Shown here: positions 11,277 through 22,840 of the stretch, one piece after another
Position numbering within the stretch: position 1 is the stretch's first letter
How the letters are laid out: each line of letters begins with the position of its first letter
NCBI GenBank assembly: GCA_937625935.1
Contig: OW569364.1
Coordinates: 124,001 to 188,000 of the forward strand
DNA length: 64,000 bases
From: Tetramitus jugosus
Taxonomy: Eukaryota > Protista > Heterolobosea
Reading direction: 5' to 3'
Position numbers and translations under genes: made by a program
Notes under the pieces: generated by a model
What the model saw: only the letters and a program-made list of their open reading frames with translations
The model's database searches: none
What the model was told of the DNA's origin: nothing

Positions 11277-12835
11277 ATGCGTAACGAGCAAATTTTTCGA
11301 AAGCATTATGGCGCTGACTCTTTCTCCGTCTACAAAGAAACGAACATGTACGAGCAGAGAAAACTAGTGGGGTTTGGAAGAACTACTCGGACTCGCCGAC
11401 GATATCTCATTTCGAACACCGAAACTTTTTTGTTTGCTTCTTACTATGCAGCTACAGTTGAAATCCAGAGGATGATCAGAGGATTTCTGTGCAGGAAGCA
11501 TTTGAAGGAGTCAGAACCTGTTTATCTCAATAAGAAGAAGGAACTAGAAAAGGAGAAACAGAGAGAGATTCGAGAATTGTACTCTGATGTCACAGAGAAA
11601 ATGAAACTCTCGGATCAAACAAGTGAGGAATTCTTGAAGCGTTACCGTAGTGTGGTTCAGGCGAGAGTCTCATGTGTGCTCTATCAGTTCTTTCATGGAC
11701 CTAAAATCCAAAGAAACGTAAGGAAATTTGGTTTGTTGTTAAGATCGAGCATATCCCGTTCTAAATTGTGCGAAAGATCTGTGCTTTCTATTCAAGAGCA
11801 GCGACTGTTATTCAGAGGGGATTCAGGAAGCATAGAATACAACTGTGGAGGAAGTATGGCTCCAACATATTTGTGAGAAATGGAAAGATTAGATTCTTTA
11901 ATGAAAGAGATGATGCTGCAGCACGGATTCAACGATGTTGGAAGAGTTTTGTTAACCGCAATATCTTCAAGTTCTATCAAAAGTTGATTTCATCTCGTGA
12001 GAGGATGGATCCCTACATCGTTTTAAGAAGTATCAACCCAGTGGAATCTGGACTCATTGACGCGGCTTCAGGTCTTCACATTCGATTTCGACTCGGAGGA
12101 ACTGTGTTTCCACCCATTGTTTGTTACAAAATTTATACGCACAACCCAGTGATTGATATCAACTCTTTTGCACCGAGAGACTACACGAAATATGAACATA
12201 TTAGAGAACCAAAAGAATACCATTCGCATCCCATAGTTGTAAATGATGATAGACGAGGCTGGTATCAGAGACTAGAGATGAATGGATGGCGACCAGTTAC
12301 AAACGGTAGAATAACTGAAACCGAATACAATGACAATTCGACCAAGTTGTCCAAAAGTTCTATTCGATCTCGACTTTCTCAAGATACTTCGGCAACTTTC
12401 CACTACAGTTCTGTTCAGCGGCGACAGGATATCATCGCTCGAAGAAAAAGGAGAAAAGTAGAATGGATGAAGAAATTGTATGGATCAAATTTGACGAGAG
12501 ATACCGGGAAGGAGGGGGACCCTAATCTAATCGGGGAAGAATTGAAGGACTTTGAAACTGTGGATGAGGACGAACTACAAGGTGTAATCGACTGGTCAAA
12601 CTCTCTCAACTTCGAAAGATACATTGAAGAATGGACCGGATTAGCAATTACTCTTCCTTCTGACCAGAAAACTCATTTGGCCAACGACCAGAGGAAGGTA
12701 GCAAATGAACCAGCTCAACCAGTTTTGACTCGAGGTTCTCACTCGACAGAGAAGTCCCCAATGCTGGATGATAACACGAACCTAGCATATGAACTGGAAA
12801 GGGAGAAGATATATGGAATGCTAAGTAAGAAATGA
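11277..12835 (+). CDS. IQ-motif protein with C11orf65/MFI-like domain; probable intron 11718-11776
   Basis: Three IQ motifs (IQRMIRGFLCRK, IQRGFRKHR, IQRCWKSF) followed by INP.E..L.DAASG..IRFRLGG..FPP...YKIYTH and GWYQR.E.NGWRPV. A GTAAGG...AAAG intron joins the two ORFs in frame. Confidence 0.7.
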
Positions 12836-13013
12836 ACATTCCACTTCATCCCCAAAACAATTTCACAATCGGGTAATCCTCTCGGAAGTTTAGGTCTATA
12901 ATTATTCAATTTTTGCGCCAAAACGCCGCTATTTAAGATCTCGCCCTTCAAAAATCACACAAACAATCAAATAGCAGAATCAAAAAAAACGCAATAACAA
13001 CAACAACAGCATC

Positions 13014-14105
13014 ATGTTTCGACTCGCTACATCCAACACACTCAGAGGTTACAAGTTGGCCCAACGTTGCGCCTTCCAACAACCTCAACAACAACAAACA
13101 CGTACCATTTTCAACAACTTGAAAAACAATTTTAACAAACATCAACAACACAATAGCAACTATTCTGAGCAATCATCCAACTACAATAGCAAGAGACAAT
13201 ACTCTCCACATGTATCCCAAGGCAACAACACTGGTGCACTCATCACTGGTGCAGCAGGCACACTTGCTCTCATTGGTTTGGGTTACTATGGACTAAAGTA
13301 CATGAACAATCCACAACAAGTTCAAACCTTTAATTCAGCAGGTCAACCCGTTGTCTACACTGACACATCAAAGTCATTGAACGAAGGTGTTCAAGCCTAT
13401 CTTGCAAAGACATTTGGTTATGTGGGAGCAGGTGCAGCACTGACTGCGACATCCGCTGTCGTTGCATTCAAATCTGGCTTTGCACAAAAAATGATGTTTA
13501 TGGGTCCATTGGGCAGTATTGGTCTGTTTGCTGCTACGATTGGTGCCATGTATGCTGTAAGAGCAATTGATCCAAATAATGCTCTGTTGAAGCACGCTGC
13601 ATTTGTTGGATTCAATGGAATCATGGGTGCCAGTTTGTGCACACTTGGTTTCTTTGCACCAGTCAACATTTTGGTGAGAGCCGGATTGTACAGTTTGGGC
13701 ATTGTTGGTGGTCTCTCTGTGGTGGCCATGAACGCAAAGGAAGAGAGATTCCTCATGTGGGGCGGTGCTCTTTCTTCTGCGTTGCTCGTGTTGGTGATTG
13801 CCTCCTTTGGACGCATGTTCCTACCAGCACGATTCATTAGAACATCCAACGCACTGGACAATTTGTGGTTGTACGGTGGTTTGGCAGTGTTTGGTGGATT
13901 GATGCTGTACGATACTCAGAGAGTCATGAGAAATGCAAAGCAATTTGAAGAAGTCAAGAGATTGACGGCTACTCAGGTCGGACACAGACAATTGGTCAAT
14001 ATTCCAAAGCCTGACTACATTGCCGAGTCCATTAGCATTTATTTGAACTTGATTAATATCTTTATTCGAATGGTTATGATTATGAGTAACCAAAAGAAGA
14101 AGTAA
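13014..14105 (+). CDS. GHITM: Mitochondrial Bax-inhibitor-1 family protein (GHITM/MICS1/TMBIM5)
   Basis: Mitochondrial-type presequence, multiple TM segments, LYGGLAVF..LYDTQ and SIYLNLINIFIR motifs. Confidence 0.9.
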   Translation: MFRLATSNTLRGYKLAQRCAFQQPQQQQTRTIFNNLKNNFNKHQQHNSNYSEQSSNYNSKRQYSPHVSQGNNTGALITGAAGTLALIGLGYYGLKYMNNPQQVQTFNSAGQPVVYTDTSKSLNEGVQAYLAKTFGYVGAGAALTATSAVVAFKSGFAQKMMFMGPLGSIGLFAATIGAMYAVRAIDPNNALLKHAAFVGFNGIMGASLCTLGFFAPVNILVRAGLYSLGIVGGLSVVAMNAKEERFLMWGGALSSALLVLVIASFGRMFLPARFIRTSNALDNLWLYGGLAVFGGLMLYDTQRVMRNAKQFEEVKRLTATQVGHRQLVNIPKPDYIAESISIYLNLINIFIRMVMIMSNQKKK

Positions 14106-14315
14106 TAAAGTGAATGAGAGGCCCAGTGATGAACGAACATGTATAGAAGGTCGTTCTCTACAACAACAAGCCCTTGAACCATTGTAATAAACACTCCATT
14201 TGATTTCAAGCAAAGTTGCCTTCGTCGCAGTTATTTGACATATTTCCGATACAGATCCTTGGTCACAGAACACTCGAGGCGAAAAAAGGAAACATTTGAC
14301 AACAACAAACAGATC

Positions 14316-15209
14316 ATGAGTGGAGAACATCAAACAAAGAATTTACTTTCCAATGTCTCACTTGGTTTCATTGGCAGTGGTCAAATGAGTACTGCCATTA
14401 TCAGAGGTCTCATTGAACGAAAGACACTCAAGCCAAATCAGATCCATGCGACAGACATATCAGAACAACCATTGACTCACCTAAAGCAATCATTGGGCGT
14501 TCACACACACTTGAACGACAACAAAAAAATTGTTCAGTCTTGCGACGCTGTGATTTTAGCTGTAAAACCAAATCACGTCGCGACAGTTTTGCGGGAAATT
14601 TCAAGCGAAATGGCGCGAAAGAGTATTTTGCTCATTTCCATTGCCGCTGGTGTCAATCTACAGTCGATGGAGCAATTTTTGACTGAAGATGCATCAGAGA
14701 ACAAGAAGAATAGCTTTAGACTTGTTCGAGTGATGCCAAATGTGAATTGTCTCGTTGGAGAAGCTGCTTCAGGTTACTGTATGTCTCAAGGAGCTATCGC
14801 TGGTCAAGATGATGCTCTCACAAGTGCCATTTTCTCCTCTGTTGGAATCATTGAACAAGTGCCAGAATATTTGATGGATGCTGTGACTGGATTGTCAGGA
14901 TCAGGACCTGCCTATGTCTTTGTGTTTATTGAAGCTTTGGCTGATGGTGGTGTTCGTGCTGGCTTACCAAGGCCAATTGCACTCAAGTTGGCTGCACAAA
15001 CAGTGTTGGGATCGGCAAAATCATGTCTTTCAAGCACAGGCAATAATCATCCTGGTCAATTGAAAGACATGGTTTGTTCACCTGCTGGCACAACAATCAG
15101 CGGAGTGCATGAACTGGAGAAAGGATCAATGAGAGCAGCTGTGATGAATGCTGTTCTGGAAGCTACCAGAAGATCAAAGCAATTGGGTCTTCCGAATTCA
15201 AAGTTATGA
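14316..15209 (+). CDS. proC: Pyrroline-5-carboxylate reductase
   Basis: GFIGSGQM, LAVKP, SIAAG, RVMPN, TGLSGSGPAY, SPAGTT. Confidence 0.97.
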   Translation: MSGEHQTKNLLSNVSLGFIGSGQMSTAIIRGLIERKTLKPNQIHATDISEQPLTHLKQSLGVHTHLNDNKKIVQSCDAVILAVKPNHVATVLREISSEMARKSILLISIAAGVNLQSMEQFLTEDASENKKNSFRLVRVMPNVNCLVGEAASGYCMSQGAIAGQDDALTSAIFSSVGIIEQVPEYLMDAVTGLSGSGPAYVFVFIEALADGGVRAGLPRPIALKLAAQTVLGSAKSCLSSTGNNHPGQLKDMVCSPAGTTISGVHELEKGSMRAAVMNAVLEATRRSKQLGLPNSKL

Positions 15210-15276
15210 TGTGTTTGTTGAACAAAACTTATTTTATCGTTTCTTTGGTTGACTCGTACAATAAATTAACTTATGA

Positions 15277-17436
15277 TTAAATTCCCTTCACTTTTACTTC
15301 TACCTTGAACTTCCACACGTTGTCTGGCTTATGTGTGTAATTACTGAGGCTCAAATCAAACAGTGGACTAAACATTTCTGTTCCGAAACCAGCACTATCC
15401 TCAAACGTGAAGTTAACCCATTGAGAAACCTTATCGCGAGATACAAAACCTGGTTGGCCATTGTAAAGTAGAGAGAGACGAAATTCCGCATGGCAAGGAT
15501 TGTCGTGAGCATCCAAACAATTGAGATAGCATCCCAAATGATCTGGATGATCACGATTGGTTCCAATCTCCAGTGCGAATTCTCGGCCACTGATTGTGAA
15601 TGCTTGACTCTTGATTGAAGTGCCAATTTGTTTCAGGTGGTCATACATTTCGGTAGAAACATCCCAAGTATAGCTATGATTGGCATAAGATAGACGTCTC
15701 ACTTCTTCTTTCAATGCTCTGTTGGACCTTTCTAAGTCCTCAATCTTTTGTTGAGTACTCTTGAGATATTGAGCAACAATTTCGGTTAGAGACTCGGCAA
15801 AGGCATTACTGTCGGTGTTGGTTGACTTTCTCCGTTTCATAATAGTCAGGGCTTCACCTAATCTATCTCGTTTTATGAGCACATCCACCAAAACACTTAT
15901 CACTGATTCAGAAACATCGTACTTGTCATGAAGATACCTTAGCACTTTCTCGCAAAATGAAAGAGTCTCACCTGTACCAATCTCTCGAAGATAATTGACA
16001 CAGTCCATACACTCTTGTATCTCAACATCTTGAGCGAAGTGCCTTTGACGGACTAGAAGTAGTAAACGATCGTACATTATCATTAGCTTTGGAATCGTGT
16101 TTCTATTAGAAATGTTTTCCTTTGCTCCATTGATTGCTTTTCGAACCAAATCCATTGAGTGACGCGATCCAATCTTGTACAACTTGCTAAGGTGGAAGTT
16201 AAGATCATAGAGTTCCATTTGATCCTCGATGGAAGTGGATAGTCTCTTCTTCTTCAATCGGCGATCTTGTTCACTAGCAATTAACTTTTTCATAAGTCTC
16301 TTTGATGTTTTCACTGTTGACCAATGAGACAACAACAAGTCGACGCACATGGGCTTTAATTCATCGTAAGTAGATGAGAGGTTGGAAACGAATGCAAGCC
16401 TCTCAACGAGAATGCTCTCAATTTCTTTGGACATGTCATCAGTGTATGATGTCGTCACTTGGTTTAGCATCGATGAGAATAAAGAGTAGAATGAAGTGAT
16501 TGCATCAATCTCACGATCAGATATATCGTCGTTCGGGCGGCTCCTCTTTGTTCCTGCTTTGTCCTTGCTTGGTCTAAGTTCCTCTCTCAGTTTCTTCTTG
16601 TTAAATCCGAGCATACAATCAAGGGTACTTTCGAATGTTGTGATCATGACTTCGTCTTCTCCTTGTTCTCTATGTAGTTCGCCCATACTCTTCATTGCTG
16701 TCCATATTTCAATCTGCTGTTCGAACCTTTCAATCTCCGATTGATATTCTTTGGACTCCACCTGAACTAACTTGAATCGTATCAATAGTTCGTGATATCG
16801 AGGTTGACTCGAAGTATCAAGCTCATTTAACCTCTCAAACAACTCTTTCAAAAATTGTTCCATAGTTTTCTTCTCTCCCTTCTCGTTTGCCAGCTCTTGA
16901 TTGACACTCATGTGATTTAGTATGTAATCAATTGCTTCATAGCACTTTTTCATATTTCTTCGCCTAAAATCATCCAATTCGGATCGTTTGGCATGATTTG
17001 GTATTAAGTTGGATGAACTCAACGGCTCATTTGTCAGTGGCGAAGTATAGATGACATCTTCATCATCCTCTTCTCTATGAAATGATCTCACTGCTCCTCT
17101 CATGAATCTATTTTCCTCCGCGTCCTCTTCCTCTTCTTCATCCGTGAAATCATATGCTTCCTCTCCTTCTGCTCCTCCTTCATTCTCGTCTTCAATCACC
17201 TGAACATCTTCATCATCATCATATCCCATAAAGGATGCTTTTTGAGTTCGAAACCAACTCGCTGCACTTTCTCTATCTACAGTGTGTCCATCTGACATGA
17301 ACACTGGATCTTTCATAATGGACAGTGAGATGGGACATCGGTACTTGTGGGGATCTGAAGTCAACTTGGTCAGATATTGGAAGAGATCTGCTTGAGTTTG
17401 GATTTGATCCTTGCCTAGAAATGGGACTTGCAACAT
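15277..17436 (-). CDS. U-box + coiled-coil + MATH-like domain protein (putative E3 ligase)
   Basis: CPISLSIMKDPV..DGHTVDR..TSPLTNEPL..LIPN (U-box); C-terminal YTW..SQAFTISG..LGCYL..GFG (MATH). Confidence 0.8.
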   Translation of the reverse strand: MLQVPFLGKDQIQTQADLFQYLTKLTSDPHKYRCPISLSIMKDPVFMSDGHTVDRESAASWFRTQKASFMGYDDDEDVQVIEDENEGGAEGEEAYDFTDEEEEEDAEENRFMRGAVRSFHREEDDEDVIYTSPLTNEPLSSSNLIPNHAKRSELDDFRRRNMKKCYEAIDYILNHMSVNQELANEKGEKKTMEQFLKELFERLNELDTSSQPRYHELLIRFKLVQVESKEYQSEIERFEQQIEIWTAMKSMGELHREQGEDEVMITTFESTLDCMLGFNKKKLREELRPSKDKAGTKRSRPNDDISDREIDAITSFYSLFSSMLNQVTTSYTDDMSKEIESILVERLAFVSNLSSTYDELKPMCVDLLLSHWSTVKTSKRLMKKLIASEQDRRLKKKRLSTSIEDQMELYDLNFHLSKLYKIGSRHSMDLVRKAINGAKENISNRNTIPKLMIMYDRLLLLVRQRHFAQDVEIQECMDCVNYLREIGTGETLSFCEKVLRYLHDKYDVSESVISVLVDVLIKRDRLGEALTIMKRRKSTNTDSNAFAESLTEIVAQYLKSTQQKIEDLERSNRALKEEVRRLSYANHSYTWDVSTEMYDHLKQIGTSIKSQAFTISGREFALEIGTNRDHPDHLGCYLNCLDAHDNPCHAEFRLSLLYNGQPGFVSRDKVSQWVNFTFEDSAGFGTEMFSPLFDLSLSNYTHKPDNVWKFKVEVKVKGI

Positions 17437-17685
17437 TTGTGTCCTTCAAGAATATATAAATATGTATCACGTCAGGTGTATCGTGCTTTGGTTTTTCTTT
17501 CTACGACTTCTCTCGACACTCACATTCCAGTTTTATGACCTGGAAGAAATCTGTCGAGAAATTTTTGGAATGAAGAAGGTCGGGATATCTTTCACCGAAA
17601 CTATTGAAGCGCTAAAACTTGAATCTCCGTTCTTCACCGGAAAAACAAACCATCTTTGCAAAACACCAAAAAAGCATCAGCAAAC

Positions 17686-18943
17686 ATGAAGCAATTTTCA
17701 AAGCCTCTTGTTCGTACTCTGTTGCGCAACAACACTACCACCACTATTGGTAGTCGCATGTGCACCTCATTCATCATGACATCTACTAGCAACAACCACC
17801 AACTATTCCTCCCATCATCTCATTTTTTCAATCATTATCAACGTTTCTACACAACAACAACAACATCAACAACATCAACTCCACAAAATAAAGATGATGA
17901 TGCATCAACAACAAGCAAGACAGAAGAAGAAGAATCAACTACTACCACTACCAAACAATCACCACTCGAACGACTCATTGAACAAGAAAATGCAGAAGAA
18001 TTGAAATTGTTGCAATTGAGACAACAACAGCAACAACAAGAACAGGAACAGCAAAAATTGAAGCAACAACAAAAACAAGAAAATGAACAAGAAGAAGACG
18101 CTGAAGAAGAAGAGGAAGAACAACCGCGAAGAAGATCACTTTTTGAACGAGTGTTCACTGTGCGTAACATGTTGATGCCAGTGACGGCACTCATTGCATT
18201 GGGCATCTTTTATTTCTATGATCCGAGACAGGATTATCGTGAACGTCAAATTCAAGGTATGTCATTGTTATTATTGTTTATATATATATGTATGCTTCAC
18301 TTCATGTTTGTTGTTGCAACTGTTTGTTTCATTGAAAAATTAACTAATATTTAATTTGAATGTTGTTGTTGTTGTTGTTGTAGAGAAACAAAAGAAGCAA
18401 AAAACAGTCAAAACAGTGGGTGCACCAGTCATTGGAGGATCATTCACACTGGTGGACACTGAGGGAAGACCAGTGACCGACTCTGAGTTTAGAGGCAAGT
18501 GGATGTTGGTCTATTTTGGATTCACCAACTGTCCTGACATTTGTCCAGAGGAGATGAGAAAGATGACTAGAGCGTTGCGCATGCTAGAAAAGAAGGATAA
18601 GGCATTGTCCGAAGAGATTGTTCCCATTTTTATTACATGTGATCCAAATCGTGACAGTATTCAAGCCGTGAACATGTATCTAAAGGAGGGATTCCATGAG
18701 AGATTTGTTGGCTTGACTGGAACACCAGAGCAAATCAAGAGAGCATGTCAGCGATACAGAGTGTATTACAGTGCACCGGATTATGCTGAAGGAAAGGAAG
18801 ATTACTTGGTGGATCACTCCATTTTCTATTATTTGATGGATCCTTATGGTCACTTTAAGGAATACTTTGCAAAGGGTGTGCCAGTCGAGGACGTTGCTGA
18901 ACGATTGGAACAGATTTTGATGGAGTATCAAGAACAAGATTAA
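17686..18943 (+). CDS. SCO1: SCO1/SenC copper chaperone; intron 18257-18383
   Basis: IGGSFTLVD, YFGFTNCPDICP, YLVDHS; single TM segment before the intron. Confidence 0.95.
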
Positions 18944-19048
18944 AATGCATCTGGCAGAACACTTGGGGGACTCAAACAATGAATAATAAAAAATGATAGA
19001 CCTATTCGACCTTTTATTTGATTGTTTATTCTCTTGTTAGTTTACATT

Positions 19049-19342
19049 TCATTTCTCTCTGATACGTATTCTCTGAACTCTCCAATGTGCCCAGTACTCT
19101 CGACACATGACAAATCCAAGAAAGAAGCACGGTATCAGACAAATGCAATACCCAAGGAATGCCATGAATGCAATGGCGTATTCTCTAGGTGGAAAAAAGA
19201 AACGCAACCAAGCTTTTCCACTGTCAGACACCTGAGGTTCCAACAATGGTATGATCAAAACCCAAATCATATAATACACGAAATACATGGCCGTAATGGC
19301 CAGTCCAATCGTTCCACAGATGCGATCTGAGTTGGCTGGCAT
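19049..19342 (-). CDS. DPM2: Dolichol-phosphate mannosyltransferase subunit 2
   Basis: Small two-TM protein with D..G....F.YY..WV..P and FFPPREYAI. Confidence 0.8.
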   Translation of the reverse strand: MPANSDRICGTIGLAITAMYFVYYMIWVLIIPLLEPQVSDSGKAWLRFFFPPREYAIAFMAFLGYCICLIPCFFLGFVMCREYWAHWRVQRIRIREK

Positions 19343-19515
19343 TCCAGGCTTGATTTCAACAAAAAACGAACGTGACTTGAAATTTCTGATCGGGAAGCGC
19401 AGAAAATGCAAACTTCAACGAAAAATGTGAAGAAAAAAAAAGCTTGCGTGCTTTCACACAGCACAGAGGAATTGCGGAACCAAAAAAACCAAAACGAACA
19501 ACATTGACATAAAAA

Positions 19516-21059
19516 ATGGTAAAGCTTGATGCGTCAAATCTGAGATACTTGTCAAATGATGAGTTTAGAGTGTTGGTGGCTGTGGAAATGGGTATGCGTA
19601 ATCACTCCCTTGTTCCTACTCCACTTATTGAGAGAATTGCTTGTTTGAGACATGGTGGTGTTAGTAAGCTTTTGGGCAATCTTTTGAAATTCAAGTTGTT
19701 GCATCATGATGCCAAACGATGTATGTAATAGCATATTCTTTGAGGGCGCCGCTCACATTTTTCCGATATGTTTTGGCGCCAAAAATGTTCATCTACAGAA
19801 AGAGCAACAAAAAAAGCTTACACCACTTTTTGAATGCTAAAAATCATATAGACGATGGATATCACTTGACCTACCCTGGTTATGACTACTTGTCATTGAA
19901 AACTTTTATGAAGAGAGGCACAGTGTATGGTCTTGGTCGTCAAATTGGTATTGGTAAGGAATCTGACATTTACTGTGCTGTTACTCCTGATCAAGAACAA
20001 CAAATTGTCATCAAGTTCCATCGATTGGGCAGAGTAAGCTTCAAAACCATTAAACAAAACAGAGATTATCTCAAGGGCAGAAAATCAACCAATTGGCTCT
20101 ACTGTTCTCGTCTCAGTGCACTCAAGGAATATGCATTTATGAAGGCACTGTACGAAACTGGAGAAATACCTACACCAAGACCACTGGACCAGAATCGTCA
20201 TTGTGTCTGTATGGAATGGATCGATGGTTCCGTTCTGTATCAAATCAGAGAACTCACTGATCCATTGGCAACGATGAAGGAATGTTTGGATTTGATTGTG
20301 AGATTGGCAGAATATGGATTGATTCATGGTGATTTTAATGAGTTTAATTTGTTGGTGAAACATGATGATGAAAAAATTGTTGTGATTGATTTCCCACAAA
20401 TGGTGTCCACTTCGCACAGAAATGCAGAAATGTACTTTGACAGAGATATTGAGTGTATACATGCGTTCTTTGAGAAGAAGTTTGGTGTGACGTATGATTA
20501 TTGGCCAAATTTGGAAGATATTACGAAATCGAAATCGATTGATGTTGAATTGGCTGCCAGTGGTTTCTCAAAGGAACACGCTGATGAGTTTGACAAGATT
20601 CAGGAAGAGTTGGCCGAAGAAGAAGGAGGCGAAAATAGTTCCAGCGAAGAGGAAGAGAGCGATGATGAAGAGAATGTTGAGGAGACTGAGAATGCCGATG
20701 GAACAAATTATAATATTAATGAAGAGGCTATTGTGTTCGCTGGTGGTGCAGAACAGAATGAAAAGACCGAAGCAAAGGACAGTGAAAATTCTGAGGACGG
20801 TGATGAAGTAGAATCGTCCGAACAACCAAAAGAATCAGAAGAAAACAATGAAGATGAAGATGAGCAAACAACTAATACTGAAACCAAAAAACGAAGAAAG
20901 ACGAAGGGCATAGATGAAGAAGACATCAAGAACAAAGTGCGGCGAATTCTTCACCAAAGACAAATCCGAAAGGACAATGTCATGAAGGCTGCAAAGAGAA
21001 ATGTCCAAAAGGGCAGCGAAAAGAGAAAAATTAGAAATGCTCTAAATGATGAATGGTAA
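19516..21059 (+). CDS. RIO2: RIO2 atypical kinase; intron 19721-19851
   Basis: FRVLVAVEMGMRNH, GIGKESDIY, HGDFNEFN, IDFPQMVS; acidic C-terminus. Confidence 0.97.
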
Positions 21060-21122
21060 ATAAAATTCCTATTTCCAACAATCATAAAAGAAAGGATATT
21101 GATATCGTGAACCATTCGCCTT

Positions 21123-22603
21123 TTATTTCTCCTTGCTGGTTTGTGTCTTCTTATCCTTGGTGGACAGACTAGACAAAATATCGTACATTAGACCAACAAA
21201 CACGAGCAACACACCAATCCATTCCCAGGATCCCATCTCATGACCGTACCAAAATACAGAGAACAAAATGGTAAAGAACTTTCTAGTGGTTGTCACAATC
21301 GAGCACACCAGTGGTGAATAGCTAGCAATACACCAGAAAATGAAAATCTGTCCAGTGGCCATACAAACAGCAAAAATAGCAATATCGGTGATAATCTCTG
21401 GATAAGCAAAGCAAAATGACACTGCAGGTACCAACTGTTGCGAGATCATTAGAGCAACACCAACAAAGAACACTGCAAAAGTGTTCATGTACAACATCAT
21501 TTCATCGGCAGTCGGCTTACTTTCTCTGCTTTGCATCATGGATTGAATTGCATTTGTAAATCCATCACTAAATAATGACAATAGCAACAATATCAATCCA
21601 TAAGTGTTGTTATCATTGTAGTTGGTGCTCTTCTTGCCAGATGACTGGATATGAACAACAAGTGTGTGAATCATCATGTTGTTTGAATCATAAAATCAAA
21701 AATGTGTAGGTGTTGATACATACGAATCGAGAGAGCATAAAAACAGAGATACCAATACTGAGGAACAAAACAGACACATATCTCGACAATGGATACGCCT
21801 TTTTTGCAATCAAAACACCAAGTGCCATCACTGGAATGGATTTGCATGATTTTGCAAGCACTTGAGTTGGGTAATTGACATAGACCAATGCTGCATTGCT
21901 GCAAACAAATGCAAGAACGTAGGCAAATGAGGCCATGACATAGAACTTGATTGGCACATTGGATTTGCGCGTCTCAGAAGGGAAGAAATTCATCTTGACA
22001 TATGCTACAATGGCGTTCAATGAGCATTGAACAAATACGAGGAACAATGGAAAGTTAAAGTATTGATCATCGTTTCCATAAGGTCTTCTTGTCCTGTTTG
22101 TTGACAAAATCAATTTGTGTGAAGTGTGGTGTGGTTAGCTCTTGGTGATCTCAATTGTAAAACACAAAACGGCGCGCAAATCAGACTCCGACATGGTTTT
22201 TGTAATTGTATCCTCAAAGGAATTTGGCGCGCAAAAAGCTTTCGCGAAAAAAAATAACTTACACTCTCTCTTGATAGACAGACATGATCATGAACGAAGC
22301 ATAGATACCAGCAACACATTTACCCATATCAATAATTTGACTCAATTGACCACCTGCCAACAAACCACCACCAACACCAGTCTTTGATGATATACCAGGT
22401 GATGAAGGAGAAGTAGCAAATGGATTATTTGACTTCCTAAACGTATTCATCAATGGATCGTGGTGATTCTGCGTGTGATGATGTCTATGATCTAGAGCCC
22501 CAGTGTCAATGGTAATAAAAGTCTTGGCCTGTTGTTGTTGTTGTTGATGTGTCGCATTAGCTCCTCCTCGGTTAGTGCCCTCGCCATGATTGTTCATGTA
22601 CAT
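21123..22603 (-). CDS. SLC35B1: Nucleotide-sugar transporter, SLC35B1/HUT1-like; exons 22603-22263, 22093-21724, 21644-21123
   Basis: YQER, SNAAL.YVNYPTQVLAKSCKSIPVM, DGFTNAIQ, TTTRKFFTIL; C-terminal K.K ER-retrieval-like tail. Confidence 0.9.
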
Positions 22604-22840
22604 TGGAGTATTGTGTGTGTGTAATTGAGAAATTGTTGTTGTTGTCTTTTTGTTTTTTTGTTGTCGGGATCGTGTATGTTTGTCTTGGATTGACACGTGT
22701 CGTTGTTATTGAAATGATTGAACCATTGAATCCATGTTCAATCGGAGTATTGTTAACTGAGAATAACTGCCGCTGCAGAGTATTTACAGTGATGGTTTGC
22801 TATTGAGTAATTTCTGGTGCCAGAACAAACAAATTGTGTC

